A stretch of DNA of 64,000 nucleotides from Gammaproteobacteria bacterium (GTDB lineage: Bacteria > Pseudomonadota > Gammaproteobacteria > UBA12402), in contig JAHJDF010000002.1 in assembly GCA_018812595.1 (NCBI GenBank), positions 1,790 to 65,789 on the forward strand, given 5' to 3'. This document shows positions 19,086 to 28,842 of the stretch, piece after piece (the stretch's first letter is position 1; every line of letters begins with the position of its first letter). The notes below the pieces were generated by a model, which worked only from the letters and a program-made list of their open reading frames with translations, was not told where the DNA came from and made no database searches. The position numbers and the translations under genes are program-made.

Positions 19086-20527
19086 GGATTAGCAGAGGTT
19101 CCATTTGCTGGTTTTTGTGCTGGATTTTGCATCGTCTGTTGAACGGATTGCTGTATCGGCTGCTGTTCTGGATTTTGCATCGTCTGTTGAGCCGGTTGCT
19201 GAACAGGTTGCGCTACATTGGTTGGTGTTGCTAGCGTGTTGTTTTCAGCAGGCATTTGAGAGTTTGTATCCATCGATTGTGCTGAAACAGAGCCCGTTTG
19301 CTTTGCCGGCTTGCTTTTAAACCAACTGTGGAAGAAGTGATTGATGTGATCAACTGCGCGATGGAAAATGCCACCTTTTGCATCTTCTTTAAGAGCAACT
19401 AACGGTTGAGATGTGACGGTTTGGTTGTTCAACGTCACTGTCAAAGTTCCAATGTTTTGACCTTTTGTAACGGGTGCTTTTAGGTCTGGGAGCAACGATA
19501 TGTTGACTTGTATGTTTTTAAATTGCCCGTGAGGAATGGTTACATATAAGTCGTTGGTGACTCCTGCAGGGACTGTTTTTTCGCTGCCGAGCCAGACACG
19601 AGCTTTCGTGATAACGCTCGTTGCTTGATAAATTGGATGGGTCTCGAAGAAACGGAACCCGTAGGAAAGTAAAGTGATGCTGTCATTTGCACGGGCTTCA
19701 TCGGTTGGCGCGCCGACAACAACGGAAATGAGGCGCATTCCATCTTTTAGTGCAGAAGAAACTAAGCAGTAACCTGCTTCATCTGTGTGACCTGTTTTGA
19801 GTCCGTCTGCATACGGATAACGCCACAGTAATCGATTGCGATTGGGTTGACGGATGCCGTTATAAGAAAACCATTTTTGTTTGTACCACTCATAATCTTG
19901 TGGATAATTTTTAATGATCGCTTGAGCCAAAACAGCTAAGTCATGTGCAGTGGAATAATGATCTTTGGTTGGTAGACCTGTGCAGTCGGCAAAATGAGAA
20001 TTGTTCATGCCAAGTCGTTGGGCTTCTGCATTCATCATGTTGACGAAAGCGTCTTCTGAACCCGCGATGTACTCTGACATAGCAACGCAAGCATCGTTTC
20101 CGGAATCCACAATAATGCCTTGAACTAAGTCTTTAACAGGGACTGATTTTCCAACGCGAACAAACATTTTTGATCCACCGGTTTGCCATGCTTTTTTACT
20201 AATCAGTACTTTGCTGTCGAGTTGGATAGAGTTTGAAGCGATCGCTTGAGAAACAATGTACATGGTCATCATTTTCGTCAAGCTGGCTGGGGCAATGCGT
20301 TGGTCCATGTTTTTCTGAGCAATAATTTTTCCACTATTTGCATCCATTAGGATATACGCACTTGCATTAATATCAGGGGGCGAAGGAATCAGCATTGCTT
20401 GTTGCGTTGCTGGGGGACTCGATGGAAGAGGGGTTGATGTAGGCGCGGGTTGTTGGGCAAAAGCCAGGCTTGTACAAAACAAGCTGATGAGCAGAAAAGA
20501 CAGGTATTTATAGTATTTTTTAAGCAT
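19082..20527 (-). CDS. dacA: D-alanyl-D-alanine carboxypeptidase (PBP5/6, DacA-like) with C-terminal Q/P-rich tandem-repeat tail
   Basis: Signal peptide from Met at 20527 (MLKKYYKYLSFLLISLFCTSLAFA); SxxK ASLTK, SGN, KTG motifs; C-terminal ~45-bp tandem DNA repeats (19100-19200). Confidence 0.85.
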   Translation of the reverse strand: MLKKYYKYLSFLLISLFCTSLAFAQQPAPTSTPLPSSPPATQQAMLIPSPPDINASAYILMDANSGKIIAQKNMDQRIAPASLTKMMTMYIVSQAIASNSIQLDSKVLISKKAWQTGGSKMFVRVGKSVPVKDLVQGIIVDSGNDACVAMSEYIAGSEDAFVNMMNAEAQRLGMNNSHFADCTGLPTKDHYSTAHDLAVLAQAIIKNYPQDYEWYKQKWFSYNGIRQPNRNRLLWRYPYADGLKTGHTDEAGYCLVSSALKDGMRLISVVVGAPTDEARANDSITLLSYGFRFFETHPIYQATSVITKARVWLGSEKTVPAGVTNDLYVTIPHGQFKNIQVNISLLPDLKAPVTKGQNIGTLTVTLNNQTVTSQPLVALKEDAKGGIFHRAVDHINHFFHSWFKSKPAKQTGSVSAQSMDTNSQMPAENNTLATPTNVAQPVQQPAQQTMQNPEQQPIQQSVQQTMQNPAQKPANGTSANP

Positions 20528-20624
20528 GAGCGTTATTCCTTTGATGCTGATAAAAAAACGGGCGCGATTGTAACAATAAGCAAAGGGGTGGAAAAGATCG
20601 GACTTTGTTGCGACCTTATTAAAA

Positions 20625-22259
20625 GTGCAGTTATTGCGAGGAAACGAGTTAATACATTTATTTCTTCGTTTCTTTTGCATTGCTATGATGCCGCTTCATT
20701 TTTTCACAGGACTTCCCTCGATGTTTGAATCGCTTAAAAAAGACCGTTATTTGCGGTGGTTTTTAATCACCTTAATTACCGTTTTTATTGTCAAAAGTAT
20801 TCTTGCTAGCGTGTTTCCATTAACAGGAGACGAAGCATATTACGTGATCTGGGGGAAATTCTTTCAGTGGGGATATTACGATCACACGCCGTTTATTGGA
20901 TGGTTGTTGTGGCCTTTTGTCCATCTCAGTACCGCTAACTTTATCGTGCGCTTGCCGACGCTTCTTGTGACAACAGCAATTGGTATCGGACTGTATGGAT
21001 TTTTGCGATCGTATGATGCTGAAAAAGCATCGCTGATTGCTATTTTGTATTTGATTTCTCCTATCAATTTATGCGGTGTGTTGATCACGACAGACATTCC
21101 TTTGATCTTGTTTTCATTTTTTTCAGGGCTTTTTTTGGTGCTCGCGGTGCGAGAGCAGGATCATCTTGGCTATTATCTTTTATCCGGTTTGTGCTTAGGG
21201 TTGGCCTTTTTCTCGAAGTATTTTGCGGTGTTACTTGCGCTGGCGTATCTCTTTTATTTTCTGTTTTCTGAGAAATCGAAAAAAAGAACGCTTGGCTTTG
21301 TGCTTTTGTTTTTAGCTGTTTTGCCTTTTGGGTTAGAAAATCTTTATTGGAACTACAGCCACGATTGGGCAAATATTTTATTTAATGTCTTTAATAGGAA
21401 TCGAGGTATTACGTTTGAATGGCATACCGTCGCGCTTTATTTGTTAGTTGTTTTCTATATTGCAACGCCGCCCATTTTTTATTACTGCTGTAAGCATTGG
21501 AAAAAATTGTTTCGGTCGAGCGCTTTATTTGAATTTAACGTTTTAATCGTGTCTGTATTTGTGCCTTTAGTGTTCTTTTTAGGGTTGAGCACGATGAAGT
21601 CCATTGGGTTGCATTGGCCATTGTAGTTTGTGCCGTTTTTATATGCCCTTTTATTGATCTATTTATCGCGCATTGAGCTGGTGCGATGTATTCGCTTTAT
21701 GTTTGGGTTTTCTTTTGTGCATCTTGTGTTAATTGCGGTTGTTTTGTTGTTTCCTATCCAGATACTTCAGGCGCTCCACTTAAAAGGGCCTCGATATGCA
21801 GATTGGATTTTTGCATTGAAACATCGCGAAATAAGTCGTGTGCTGCATCAAGAAAATATGCAGTTTGTTCTTTCAAGTAATAGCTATGCGAAAGCAGATT
21901 TGATGTACATCGACAGCGGCAAGTACAGTCCTTCATTTGGGGTTGGTACAGCTCATGGCCGTGAAGGGGATTTTCTTACTAATTTTGCCGCAATGCAGGG
22001 AAAGAGCTTTTTAATCTTGCTGAATAGGCGGCCAGACCTTAGTGATTACTTGCCGTATTTCCATGTGACGCGTGTGCAGCCGTGGCGCTTTGATGGGGCA
22101 GTGTTTTATTTAGTGATGGGCTATCACTTTAATTATCTTGCTTATCGTCATGGTGTTCTCAAGGCAATCAATCAGCGTTATTGGACTGTGCCTTCGTTTT
22201 TACCGCATACCAAAAGTTTCTTTTTTAAGAAATATTGGTCCGCTGCGTTACCTCATTAA
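20625..22259 (+). pseudogene. ArnT/PMT-family (GT39/GT83-like) membrane glycosyltransferase apparently interrupted by an in-frame TAG at 21624-21626 (333-aa and 209-aa ORFs in the same frame)
   Basis: N-terminal part has LTGDEAYY motif and multiple TM helices; second ORF continues in the same frame (offset 1005 nt); combined length ~543 aa matches intact family members. Confidence 0.5.
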
Positions 22260-23195
22260 AAACGTAGAGACGCGATGAATAAGCGTCTTCGGATTAAGCA
22301 CATTCCTTTTAAGTATCTTTGCCAAGATATTTGGGTAATCCGTAATAATTCCATCGACACCAAAGTTCCTCATGAGCTGCATGTCCGCTGGATCGTTCAC
22401 AGTCCATGTGATGACCTTCAGGCCATTTTTATGCGCTTCTTGTATGCGGTCTGCGGTTAATTCTTGAAAATTAGGTCCCCAAATGTTCCCTCCTAACTGG
22501 GCAATCATGTAAGGAATCGAATTTTTATATTGCTTTAATAATTGATTATCAGACCAGAGTCCTGCAATGACAGGATTAGCTGAAGTCATGTCGTTTGAAA
22601 TGCGTGGGTCTGTTAGATAGGCCGTTTCGATTTTTGTTTGGGCCAGTTGGATGTTTTTTAAGACACGCCAATCAAAAGCTTGTATTTCGGTTCGATCTTC
22701 AATTTTTTCTTCTCTAATAATGTTGACGATTTCTTTAGCTAGATCTTCAGGTGTATGGGTGCGTTCTGGGTGTGAAGGGTCAGTTTTAACTTCAATTTGG
22801 AAACGTACCGGGTATTGGGCGTATTTTTTGAGGTATTGGATGACTTGTTTTAATGAGGAAATGTGTGTTCCGTCTATCGCTACCTGTTGTGAAAACTGGT
22901 GTGCGTAGTACGTATTAGGGTTTATGCGGCCAACGTCGTATTGCTGTAATTGTTCAAACGTTAAATCTTTAATACAAACCGCTTCATTGGCATCGATCCA
23001 TCGTCCATTTTGATCGCGTGTAATAAGCGGGTTCAGGGTTAAATGATGTGTGACTACAACAACATGATCTTTCGTCATGTTGACGTCCATATCAACGGCA
23101 TCGCTCTTTAGGTCGATAGCTTTTTTGAAGGCTGGAAGGGTGTTTTCAGGAGCCAGGCCTCGAGCTCCACGGTGGGCATAAATTTTTATTTTCAT
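22248..23195 (-). CDS. Glycerophosphodiester phosphodiesterase (GDPD family)
   Basis: N-terminus KIYAHRGARGLAPENTLPAFKKAI and ...HHLTLNPL typical of GlpQ/UgpQ. Confidence 0.85.
   Translation of the reverse strand: MKIKIYAHRGARGLAPENTLPAFKKAIDLKSDAVDMDVNMTKDHVVVVTHHLTLNPLITRDQNGRWIDANEAVCIKDLTFEQLQQYDVGRINPNTYYAHQFSQQVAIDGTHISSLKQVIQYLKKYAQYPVRFQIEVKTDPSHPERTHTPEDLAKEIVNIIREEKIEDRTEIQAFDWRVLKNIQLAQTKIETAYLTDPRISNDMTSANPVIAGLWSDNQLLKQYKNSIPYMIAQLGGNIWGPNFQELTADRIQEAHKNGLKVITWTVNDPADMQLMRNFGVDGIITDYPNILAKILKRNVLNPKTLIHRVSTFLMR
22260..22291. repeat. Degenerate family-A REP copy (AACGTAGAGACGCGATGAATAAGCGTCTTCGG)
   Basis: Left arm intact, right arm decayed; overlaps convergent gene ends. Confidence 0.6.
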
Positions 23196-23439
23196 GAAAT
23201 TAGAGCGCTTCTTTTATGAATATTATTTTTTTGAAAAAGATATCAATGAACTTGAGTCGAGCAAAATAATTTCGAAGATTTTGTATGACTTGTTGACACT
23301 ATCAATTCTGCATACACTGCGCCGCCTTGATAACTTGTGACCATGGTGGAGAGTGGTGAAGTTTTCCTCATCTATATGCTATTTGTGAGCCGTGGAGTGT
23401 GTTTACAAATGGTTCTTCATCGTGATCGATTCTTGATTA

Positions 23440-24138
23440 GTGAGAACAATCATGGTGAGTCCGACAGTTCAAGAGATAGACGCTAAAAGTCCCGGCGATC
23501 GTTTGAAACAGATTCGAAAACTGTTGCGAGTGTCGCGTGCTTATTTTTATCAGAAATATGGTTTGTCTACCGATACTTTAAAAGCATGGGAAAACAATAA
23601 AGCGCCATTAACGGAAAAAGGGCTTGTTCGTTGTATGCAAATGTTCCGTGAAGAGGGTGTCGATGTTTCAAAAGATTGGGTACGTACGGGCGAAGGAATG
23701 GATCCCAAAATTGCCATTGATTTTGGTCGCTATGTGCATGAGTTCACATCGAATTATGATGCTGAAAAAAGTGACGATGCTTTCTTATTAATGCAGGAAA
23801 TAGAATTTTTTAAATCACATGCAGCGAATGCGATCGTTATGTTGGTTCCGGATGAGACTATGTTGCCGTTCTACCAGTCTGGCGCTTATGTAGGAGGTTT
23901 TTTAAAACCAGGATCGCAAGTGCGCGATGCTTTAGATCAAGATTGCATTGTGATTACCAAAGATAAGAAACAGTATTTTCGTCGGTTAAATATAGGAAGC
24001 AGAGACGGGTTGTTTAATCTGACCTCTCTTAATCCACAATGGAAACAGAACCATCTTCCAGTGATTTATGATGTTGAAATTGCACATGTGGCTCCAGTTG
24101 TATGGTACAGGCGTCCAGCCTCTGTCGTTACCCAATAA
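23440..24138 (+). CDS. XRE-family HTH regulator with C-terminal LexA/CI-like (S24-like, possibly non-catalytic) domain
   Basis: N-terminal HTH (LKQIRKLLRVSRAYFYQKYGLSTDTLKAWENNKAPLTEKGL); C-terminal beta-rich region with VPDETMLP in place of the GDSMxP motif. Confidence 0.5.
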   Translation: MRTIMVSPTVQEIDAKSPGDRLKQIRKLLRVSRAYFYQKYGLSTDTLKAWENNKAPLTEKGLVRCMQMFREEGVDVSKDWVRTGEGMDPKIAIDFGRYVHEFTSNYDAEKSDDAFLLMQEIEFFKSHAANAIVMLVPDETMLPFYQSGAYVGGFLKPGSQVRDALDQDCIVITKDKKQYFRRLNIGSRDGLFNLTSLNPQWKQNHLPVIYDVEIAHVAPVVWYRRPASVVTQ

Positions 24139-24316
24139 TTGGTAATAATGTTGATTTTTATCCCTTTTTAGATAAAATCTTTTGCGCTTGCTATGAGTTC
24201 CATGGCAACTGAATTTCTATAAGCTGTTACAAGAAAACTTTTAATTTGCGCGACTAAGTCCTCTGTTTTTCCTCACTTTTTCTTGTTTTAGCATCCTTTT
24301 AAGGAGTTAGACACAT

Positions 24317-24538
24317 ATGTTGATTGTGACAAGGAGCATTGGGGAAGGGGTAATGATCGGCAATGAAATAAAGATCACTTTCTTAAGGATTAGAGGTAAA
24401 AAAATACGGATGGGTATTCAAGCTCCTTCTCAATTTAAAATTACGCAACTTACAGAACAAGTGTCTTTTGATGCTACGAAGCCTTCAGGATGGGAGGTCG
24501 TTGAGTTCCAAGATTTTAACGAATCGGTCGATTCGTAA
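24317..24538 (+). CDS. Divergent CsrA-family RNA-binding protein (73 aa, extended C-terminus)
   Basis: MLIVTRSIGEGVMIGNEIKITFLRIRGKKIRMGIQAP matches the CsrA fold core; the canonical VHREEI segment is replaced by FKITQL, and there is a 15-aa tail. Confidence 0.75.
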   Translation: MLIVTRSIGEGVMIGNEIKITFLRIRGKKIRMGIQAPSQFKITQLTEQVSFDATKPSGWEVVEFQDFNESVDS

Positions 24539-24629
24539 ATCAGATTTTTCTTACGATATTTCTTACAAGTCTTTGAGCTCTTTTGGATTTTCAATTTGCG
24601 GTATGCGCGTAAAGTGCATCCTCGTTAAT

Positions 24630-24696
24630 CGCATAATACCTAGAGCAGGGATGTTTAAAGAATTCAGGAGGAATTAGGTATTATGCGTTTTTTTTT
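24630..24696 (+). terminator. Hairpin (12-bp stem CGCATAATACCT/AGGTATTATGCG, 34-nt loop with AGGGA and AGGAGGA) followed by T9
   Basis: Direct reading downstream of the csrA-like gene. Confidence 0.55.
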
Positions 24697-24845
24697 GCCT
24701 TTCGTAGATTCCATCTTTTTTCTTAATTTTTGCTTATGAAGTTTTCTATTGTCATTTGCACAGAAAGTAAGAACTCAAGTTCCCATCGTCTCCATTAAAG
24801 TGTCTTGTCGTTATCCTAAGGGATAAGAATTGATATTTTTCTTTT

Positions 24846-24908
24846 CTAGATTCCCGCTTTCGCGGGAATGACGGTAAAGAGTAGATTCCCGCTTTCGCGA
24901 GGATGATT
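24846..24908. repeat. Two family-B inverse-half elements (AGATTCCCGCTTTCGCGGGAATGACGG; AGATTCCCGCTTTCGCGAGGATGATT)
   Basis: Direct reading. Confidence 0.8.
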
Positions 24909-24916
24909 ATAAATTT

Positions 24917-26260
24917 TTATTGGTATTTCGAATGACAGTGCGTTTCTTTGGCTATCAATACCGCAAGCAAACCCAATACAAAAGCAATCGGCATGAGCCA
25001 CAGAGCTCTGTGATAGTCGGCTAGAGAATGCAACGGAATGCCGTATAGCATTTGCTTATTCCAATGTAGGTCTAACAGCCATCCAAAGAGAGATGACGGG
25101 ATGGTGCCGCCTGCCATGATCAAAGTAGATCCAATGCTTAAACTGGCTCCTACGATATTAGATGGATTGCTTTCCGCAATGGCGGGATAACCGATGACCT
25201 GTGCGCTCGTAATGAACCCAAGGCCTAAGAAGAGCATTAATAAGCTCAACAAATTAAGGTGAGGAACGTACATGATCAGCAACATCAATACGATCGAAAT
25301 GATGGCTCCGAGGATCATAGGAGGTTTCCTTGCTCCCCATTTATCTGAGATGTACCCGAGAACAGGTGATCCAATCATTGCTCCGATCAAAAGCATACTG
25401 GTGACGTAAGTTGCATTTTCTAAAGATAGGGTTTGTGCTTGTTGTAGATATCTCACACCAAAGACGCCGCCTAGAATGAAAATCGGTAAATTCAATAAAC
25501 AGGTATAAAGACCAAACAACCAGTTCTGCGGATTAGAAACCGCTTTCTTAATACTGAATACCAAAAAGCTCAAACTCATCACTTCTTCTTTGGACATCTC
25601 ATGTTTGTATCCTTCTGGATAATCTTGAATCGTGAGCCACATAACAAAAATAAGGAATAATCCAAATAGAGCGTCTAATTGCAATGCATGACGCCATCCA
25701 ACGGCGCCTTCAAGCAAAGCTAATGGGGTTTGCCCAACCACTCCTCCGAGAAATCCCATGGTAATAATGGTTCCGCTTACGAGCGCCATATGAGAGGGCG
25801 TAAACCAGCGAGCGGCTAGACGCAAGCCAACAAGCAGAGCGAATGCGCCGCCTATGCCAATCAATAATCGGCTTAAAAAAGCAACTGTGATCGAGTTTGA
25901 GAAGGAGAAGAGAAAGGTGCCGATCACGACCAACATCATGGTGCTTAAGATGATTTTTTTTGTGGAAAAACGATCCAACATTAATCCCGCTGGAAATAAG
26001 AAAATGACATTTCCCCAGAAGTAAGCAGAGAAGAGGGTGCCAAATTTTGTAGAGGTTAATTGCAGGGTGGTCATTAGATCTTGACCAATGGCATTGAACA
26101 TCAGCATTTGAATAAAAATATAAAAAAAGAATAGCGATGCAGATAAGCACACAATCCATCCTTTCATTGAATTTTGTCCCATAGAATTTTGAGAAAGAGT
26201 ATTCATAAAGTTTCCTTCTGTTGTATGAGATGAAAAAGGGAAGAGACGGAACGCAATCAT
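24917..26260 (-). CDS. MFS transporter (likely start at internal Met ~26206)
   Basis: 12 predicted TM segments; MFS-like loop motifs. Confidence 0.75.
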   Translation of the reverse strand: MIAFRLFPFSSHTTEGNFMNTLSQNSMGQNSMKGWIVCLSASLFFFYIFIQMLMFNAIGQDLMTTLQLTSTKFGTLFSAYFWGNVIFLFPAGLMLDRFSTKKIILSTMMLVVIGTFLFSFSNSITVAFLSRLLIGIGGAFALLVGLRLAARWFTPSHMALVSGTIITMGFLGGVVGQTPLALLEGAVGWRHALQLDALFGLFLIFVMWLTIQDYPEGYKHEMSKEEVMSLSFLVFSIKKAVSNPQNWLFGLYTCLLNLPIFILGGVFGVRYLQQAQTLSLENATYVTSMLLIGAMIGSPVLGYISDKWGARKPPMILGAIISIVLMLLIMYVPHLNLLSLLMLFLGLGFITSAQVIGYPAIAESNPSNIVGASLSIGSTLIMAGGTIPSSLFGWLLDLHWNKQMLYGIPLHSLADYHRALWLMPIAFVLGLLAVLIAKETHCHSKYQ

Positions 26261-26351
26261 ATAACAAAATGAGAAGTGAGATAGTTTTTGTCAGTGTGCA
26301 TACTCTTTGGTACGTTCCTGAATTTCTATTCATGCTTCAGGAGAAATCGAC

Positions 26352-28196
26352 ATGCGGAAAGTTTTTTGGATATTGGGCGTCATTTTGCTGATAGGCGCCA
26401 TACTGTTTGCTCTCTTGTTCTACTTCTCTCGGCCTAATTATTTAAAACCATTAATCATTTCAAAAGTACAGAAAGCGACCGGGCGTGAATTAGTGATCGG
26501 TGGCAATTTGCATTGGACGATCTTCCCGACTCTTGGCATTGAAGTTGATCAAATCACCTTAAAAAACACCCCTGCATTTGGCTCAACTCCGTTTGCAACC
26601 ATGCAAAACGCGACGATTGGTGTCAAATTGTTGCCTCTTTTCCATCGAAAAGTAGAAACGTCTCGTATTTTGATTCAAGGACTATCTCTTCATTTAATGA
26701 AAGATAAAAACGGACAAACGAACTGGGAAGATTTGATCAAGCCGAAAACAGAAGATACTTCATCTTCTGCGTCAACCACACCATCAGAACCGACGCCGAA
26801 AACGCAAAGCAACTTTCAACTCGACATTCCGGAAGTAGCGATCAAAGATGCTAGCCTTTCTTGGGAAGATCAAAGCACAGGAAAACAAGTGCAATTGCAT
26901 CACATCGATATCCAATCGAAAAACATCGGCACAAAAAGAGCGTTTCCTTTGCAAGTGGTCTTACATGTTGAGAGCAAACAGCCGGCCCTTTCTGGCAAAG
27001 TTCAGCTGGATTCGCAAGTGATGCTGCATCAAACCGATCAGCAACTAGAACTACGTGATTTTAAAGTCGTAACAGAAATGAAAGGCAAGGCGCTTCCTAA
27101 AGAAAATCTGCAAGCAACTTTAGCCGCTCCGTCGATAGTGCTAGGGCAAAATCATCTGCAATCACAAACGTTCACACTTGATCTCAACGACACGCATTGC
27201 CAAGGCAAGGTGAACCTTTCTGATTTACAAACGGGCTCTGGGAGTTTTGCTTTAAATGTTGATACGTTGAACTTAGATCAATGGATGCAAAAGCAGGCTA
27301 AAAAAACAAAAGGAAGCAAAGCAACGCAAGCTTCTGGCAAAACAAAATCATCTAACATGCAATTGCCATCTTTCTTGAAAACCCTTCAATTAAACGGACA
27401 GATCAATATTCAACGTTTAATTGTCAATCGATTGCACTTACAAAAGATCAAAGTTGGCATTCAAGCGAAGCAAGGAATCATCACGTTTTCACCTTTAAGC
27501 TCACAACTTTATCGAGGAACGTTTCGCGGAAAACTCGTCCTTAATGCGCAGGGGAAGACCTTGCGTATTTCGAAGCAGGGGCAAGTGAATCAAATTAGTT
27601 TCCAACCTTTATTTACCGATCTGAATGGATATAAAAATTTATTAGGCACTGGAACGATGAGTTTTTCGCTGACCACCTCTGGTTTGAATCAAACTGCTTT
27701 ACTAAGGCAATTAAATGGAAAAATTTCGTTTAATGTCAAAGACGGTGCGCTCAAAGGTCTTGATATTGCTTACTTGATCCATGCGGCGCGGGCGATTATT
27801 AAAAAGCAATTACCTCCTGTTAATAGCGGAGGGAATCAATCCAACTTTGGAACGTTAACCGGAACCGCAAACATTCAACAAGGCGTCCTCAGTTGTAATG
27901 ATTTGCGTTTGGTTTCAAAAGCCTATGTCGTTACAGGAAAGGGCACTGTTAATCTCGTGAATAAAAGGGTTGATTACCGATTAGAGGTCGACCCAAAAGA
28001 TCCAAGCATTAAATTCACGATTCCGATTTCGGTGACTGGAACGTACGACAAGCCTTCTGGATCGCTCGATAAAGCGGAACTTTTGAAACGTCTTTTAGTT
28101 GCCGCTCCAACGGAGCTAATTAAAAAACAAATAAAACAAACTTTACCTCTTGGAATCGGTAACCACATAGACACTATAAAGGGGTTGTTATCATAA
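26352..28196 (+). CDS. asmA: AsmA-family outer-membrane biogenesis protein
   Basis: N-terminal TM anchor then AsmA-like N domain (GRELVIGGNLHWTIFPTLGIEVDQITLKN) and AsmA C-terminal region. Confidence 0.75.
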   Translation: MRKVFWILGVILLIGAILFALLFYFSRPNYLKPLIISKVQKATGRELVIGGNLHWTIFPTLGIEVDQITLKNTPAFGSTPFATMQNATIGVKLLPLFHRKVETSRILIQGLSLHLMKDKNGQTNWEDLIKPKTEDTSSSASTTPSEPTPKTQSNFQLDIPEVAIKDASLSWEDQSTGKQVQLHHIDIQSKNIGTKRAFPLQVVLHVESKQPALSGKVQLDSQVMLHQTDQQLELRDFKVVTEMKGKALPKENLQATLAAPSIVLGQNHLQSQTFTLDLNDTHCQGKVNLSDLQTGSGSFALNVDTLNLDQWMQKQAKKTKGSKATQASGKTKSSNMQLPSFLKTLQLNGQINIQRLIVNRLHLQKIKVGIQAKQGIITFSPLSSQLYRGTFRGKLVLNAQGKTLRISKQGQVNQISFQPLFTDLNGYKNLLGTGTMSFSLTTSGLNQTALLRQLNGKISFNVKDGALKGLDIAYLIHAARAIIKKQLPPVNSGGNQSNFGTLTGTANIQQGVLSCNDLRLVSKAYVVTGKGTVNLVNKRVDYRLEVDPKDPSIKFTIPISVTGTYDKPSGSLDKAELLKRLLVAAPTELIKKQIKQTLPLGIGNHIDTIKGLLS

Positions 28197-28208
28197 GCCT
28201 TTGTGGTG

Positions 28209-28236
28209 CCATCCCCGCGAAAGCGGGGATGATGAT
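28209..28236. repeat. Family-B single hairpin (CATCCCCGCGAAAGCGGGGATG)
   Basis: Perfect 9-bp stem with GAAA loop. Confidence 0.8.
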
Positions 28237-28353
28237 GTCCTGCTCTGCTTTCCCAGAGATCACACGATAGATTGCCAAATATTTGATGCCTGTTTATAGT
28301 GATTTTTGCGGTGCATAGATATCGCAGTGTTTTGTTACAAGGAGAAGTATCTA

Positions 28354-28584
28354 ATGAAAAAGGTTTTATTAATTAGCAGCACACTTTTATTAGCCTTCAG
28401 TTTGACGGCCTGTCAAAACATGAAAGGCAGGGATATTGGTACTGTGGCTGGCGGTGCAACGGGTGCCTTAGTAGGCAGCCAAATCGGCAAAGGCTCAGGG
28501 CAAGCAGTTGCCATTGCAGGCGGAGCTGTTGTTGGTGCTGTCGTCGGTCACCAAGTCGGCAAGAGCATGGAGAAAAAGAAATAA
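28354..28584 (+). CDS. Glycine-zipper outer-membrane lipoprotein (17-kDa antigen/OmlA-like)
   Basis: Lipobox LTAC; G-x3-G repeats GTVAGGATGALVGSQIGKGSGQAVAIAGGAVVGAVVG. Confidence 0.7.
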   Translation: MKKVLLISSTLLLAFSLTACQNMKGRDIGTVAGGATGALVGSQIGKGSGQAVAIAGGAVVGAVVGHQVGKSMEKKK

Positions 28585-28604
28585 ATTTCTAATGTCACAA
28601 CTGT

Positions 28605-28693
28605 GTCATCCCCGCGAAAGCGGGGATCTGCAAAAACAGTCTTTTCTTTCTTTTCTCTTCTTTGTGTCATCCCCGCGAAAGCGGGGATCTAGA
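28605..28693. repeat. Two direct family-B hairpins (GTCATCCCCGCGAAAGCGGGGATCT) separated by a CT-rich spacer
   Basis: Direct reading. Confidence 0.85.
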
Positions 28694-28842
28694 CAATGTC
28701 CTTAATCAAGTGACTAGATTATGAGAATGAGAAAAATACGTAGAGACTATATGTCTCGTGTTTTCTTTTTCTCATTTTTCAACATAGAACAAATTTTGAA
28801 AACAGATTAAAAAAAAGCAATTTCAATGGAGCAAGCTTAGAT

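Noticed and set aside
19082-20680. Long N-terminal extension of dacA ORF (start 20680) and the 5' extensions of the MFS (26260), mreB (29241), pepD (58415), tadA (60073) and small secreted protein (50519) ORFs
   Set aside because: Signal peptides or conserved N-termini begin at internal Met codons with good RBS (for example TAAGGAG before 50615, AAGGAG before 58484); the upstream extensions are non-coding.
21627-21632. Treating 20625-21626 and 21630-22259 as two genuine genes
   Set aside because: Same reading frame, no RBS before the second ORF, and combined length and topology match a single ArnT-like enzyme; annotated instead as one interrupted gene, though sequencing error cannot be excluded.
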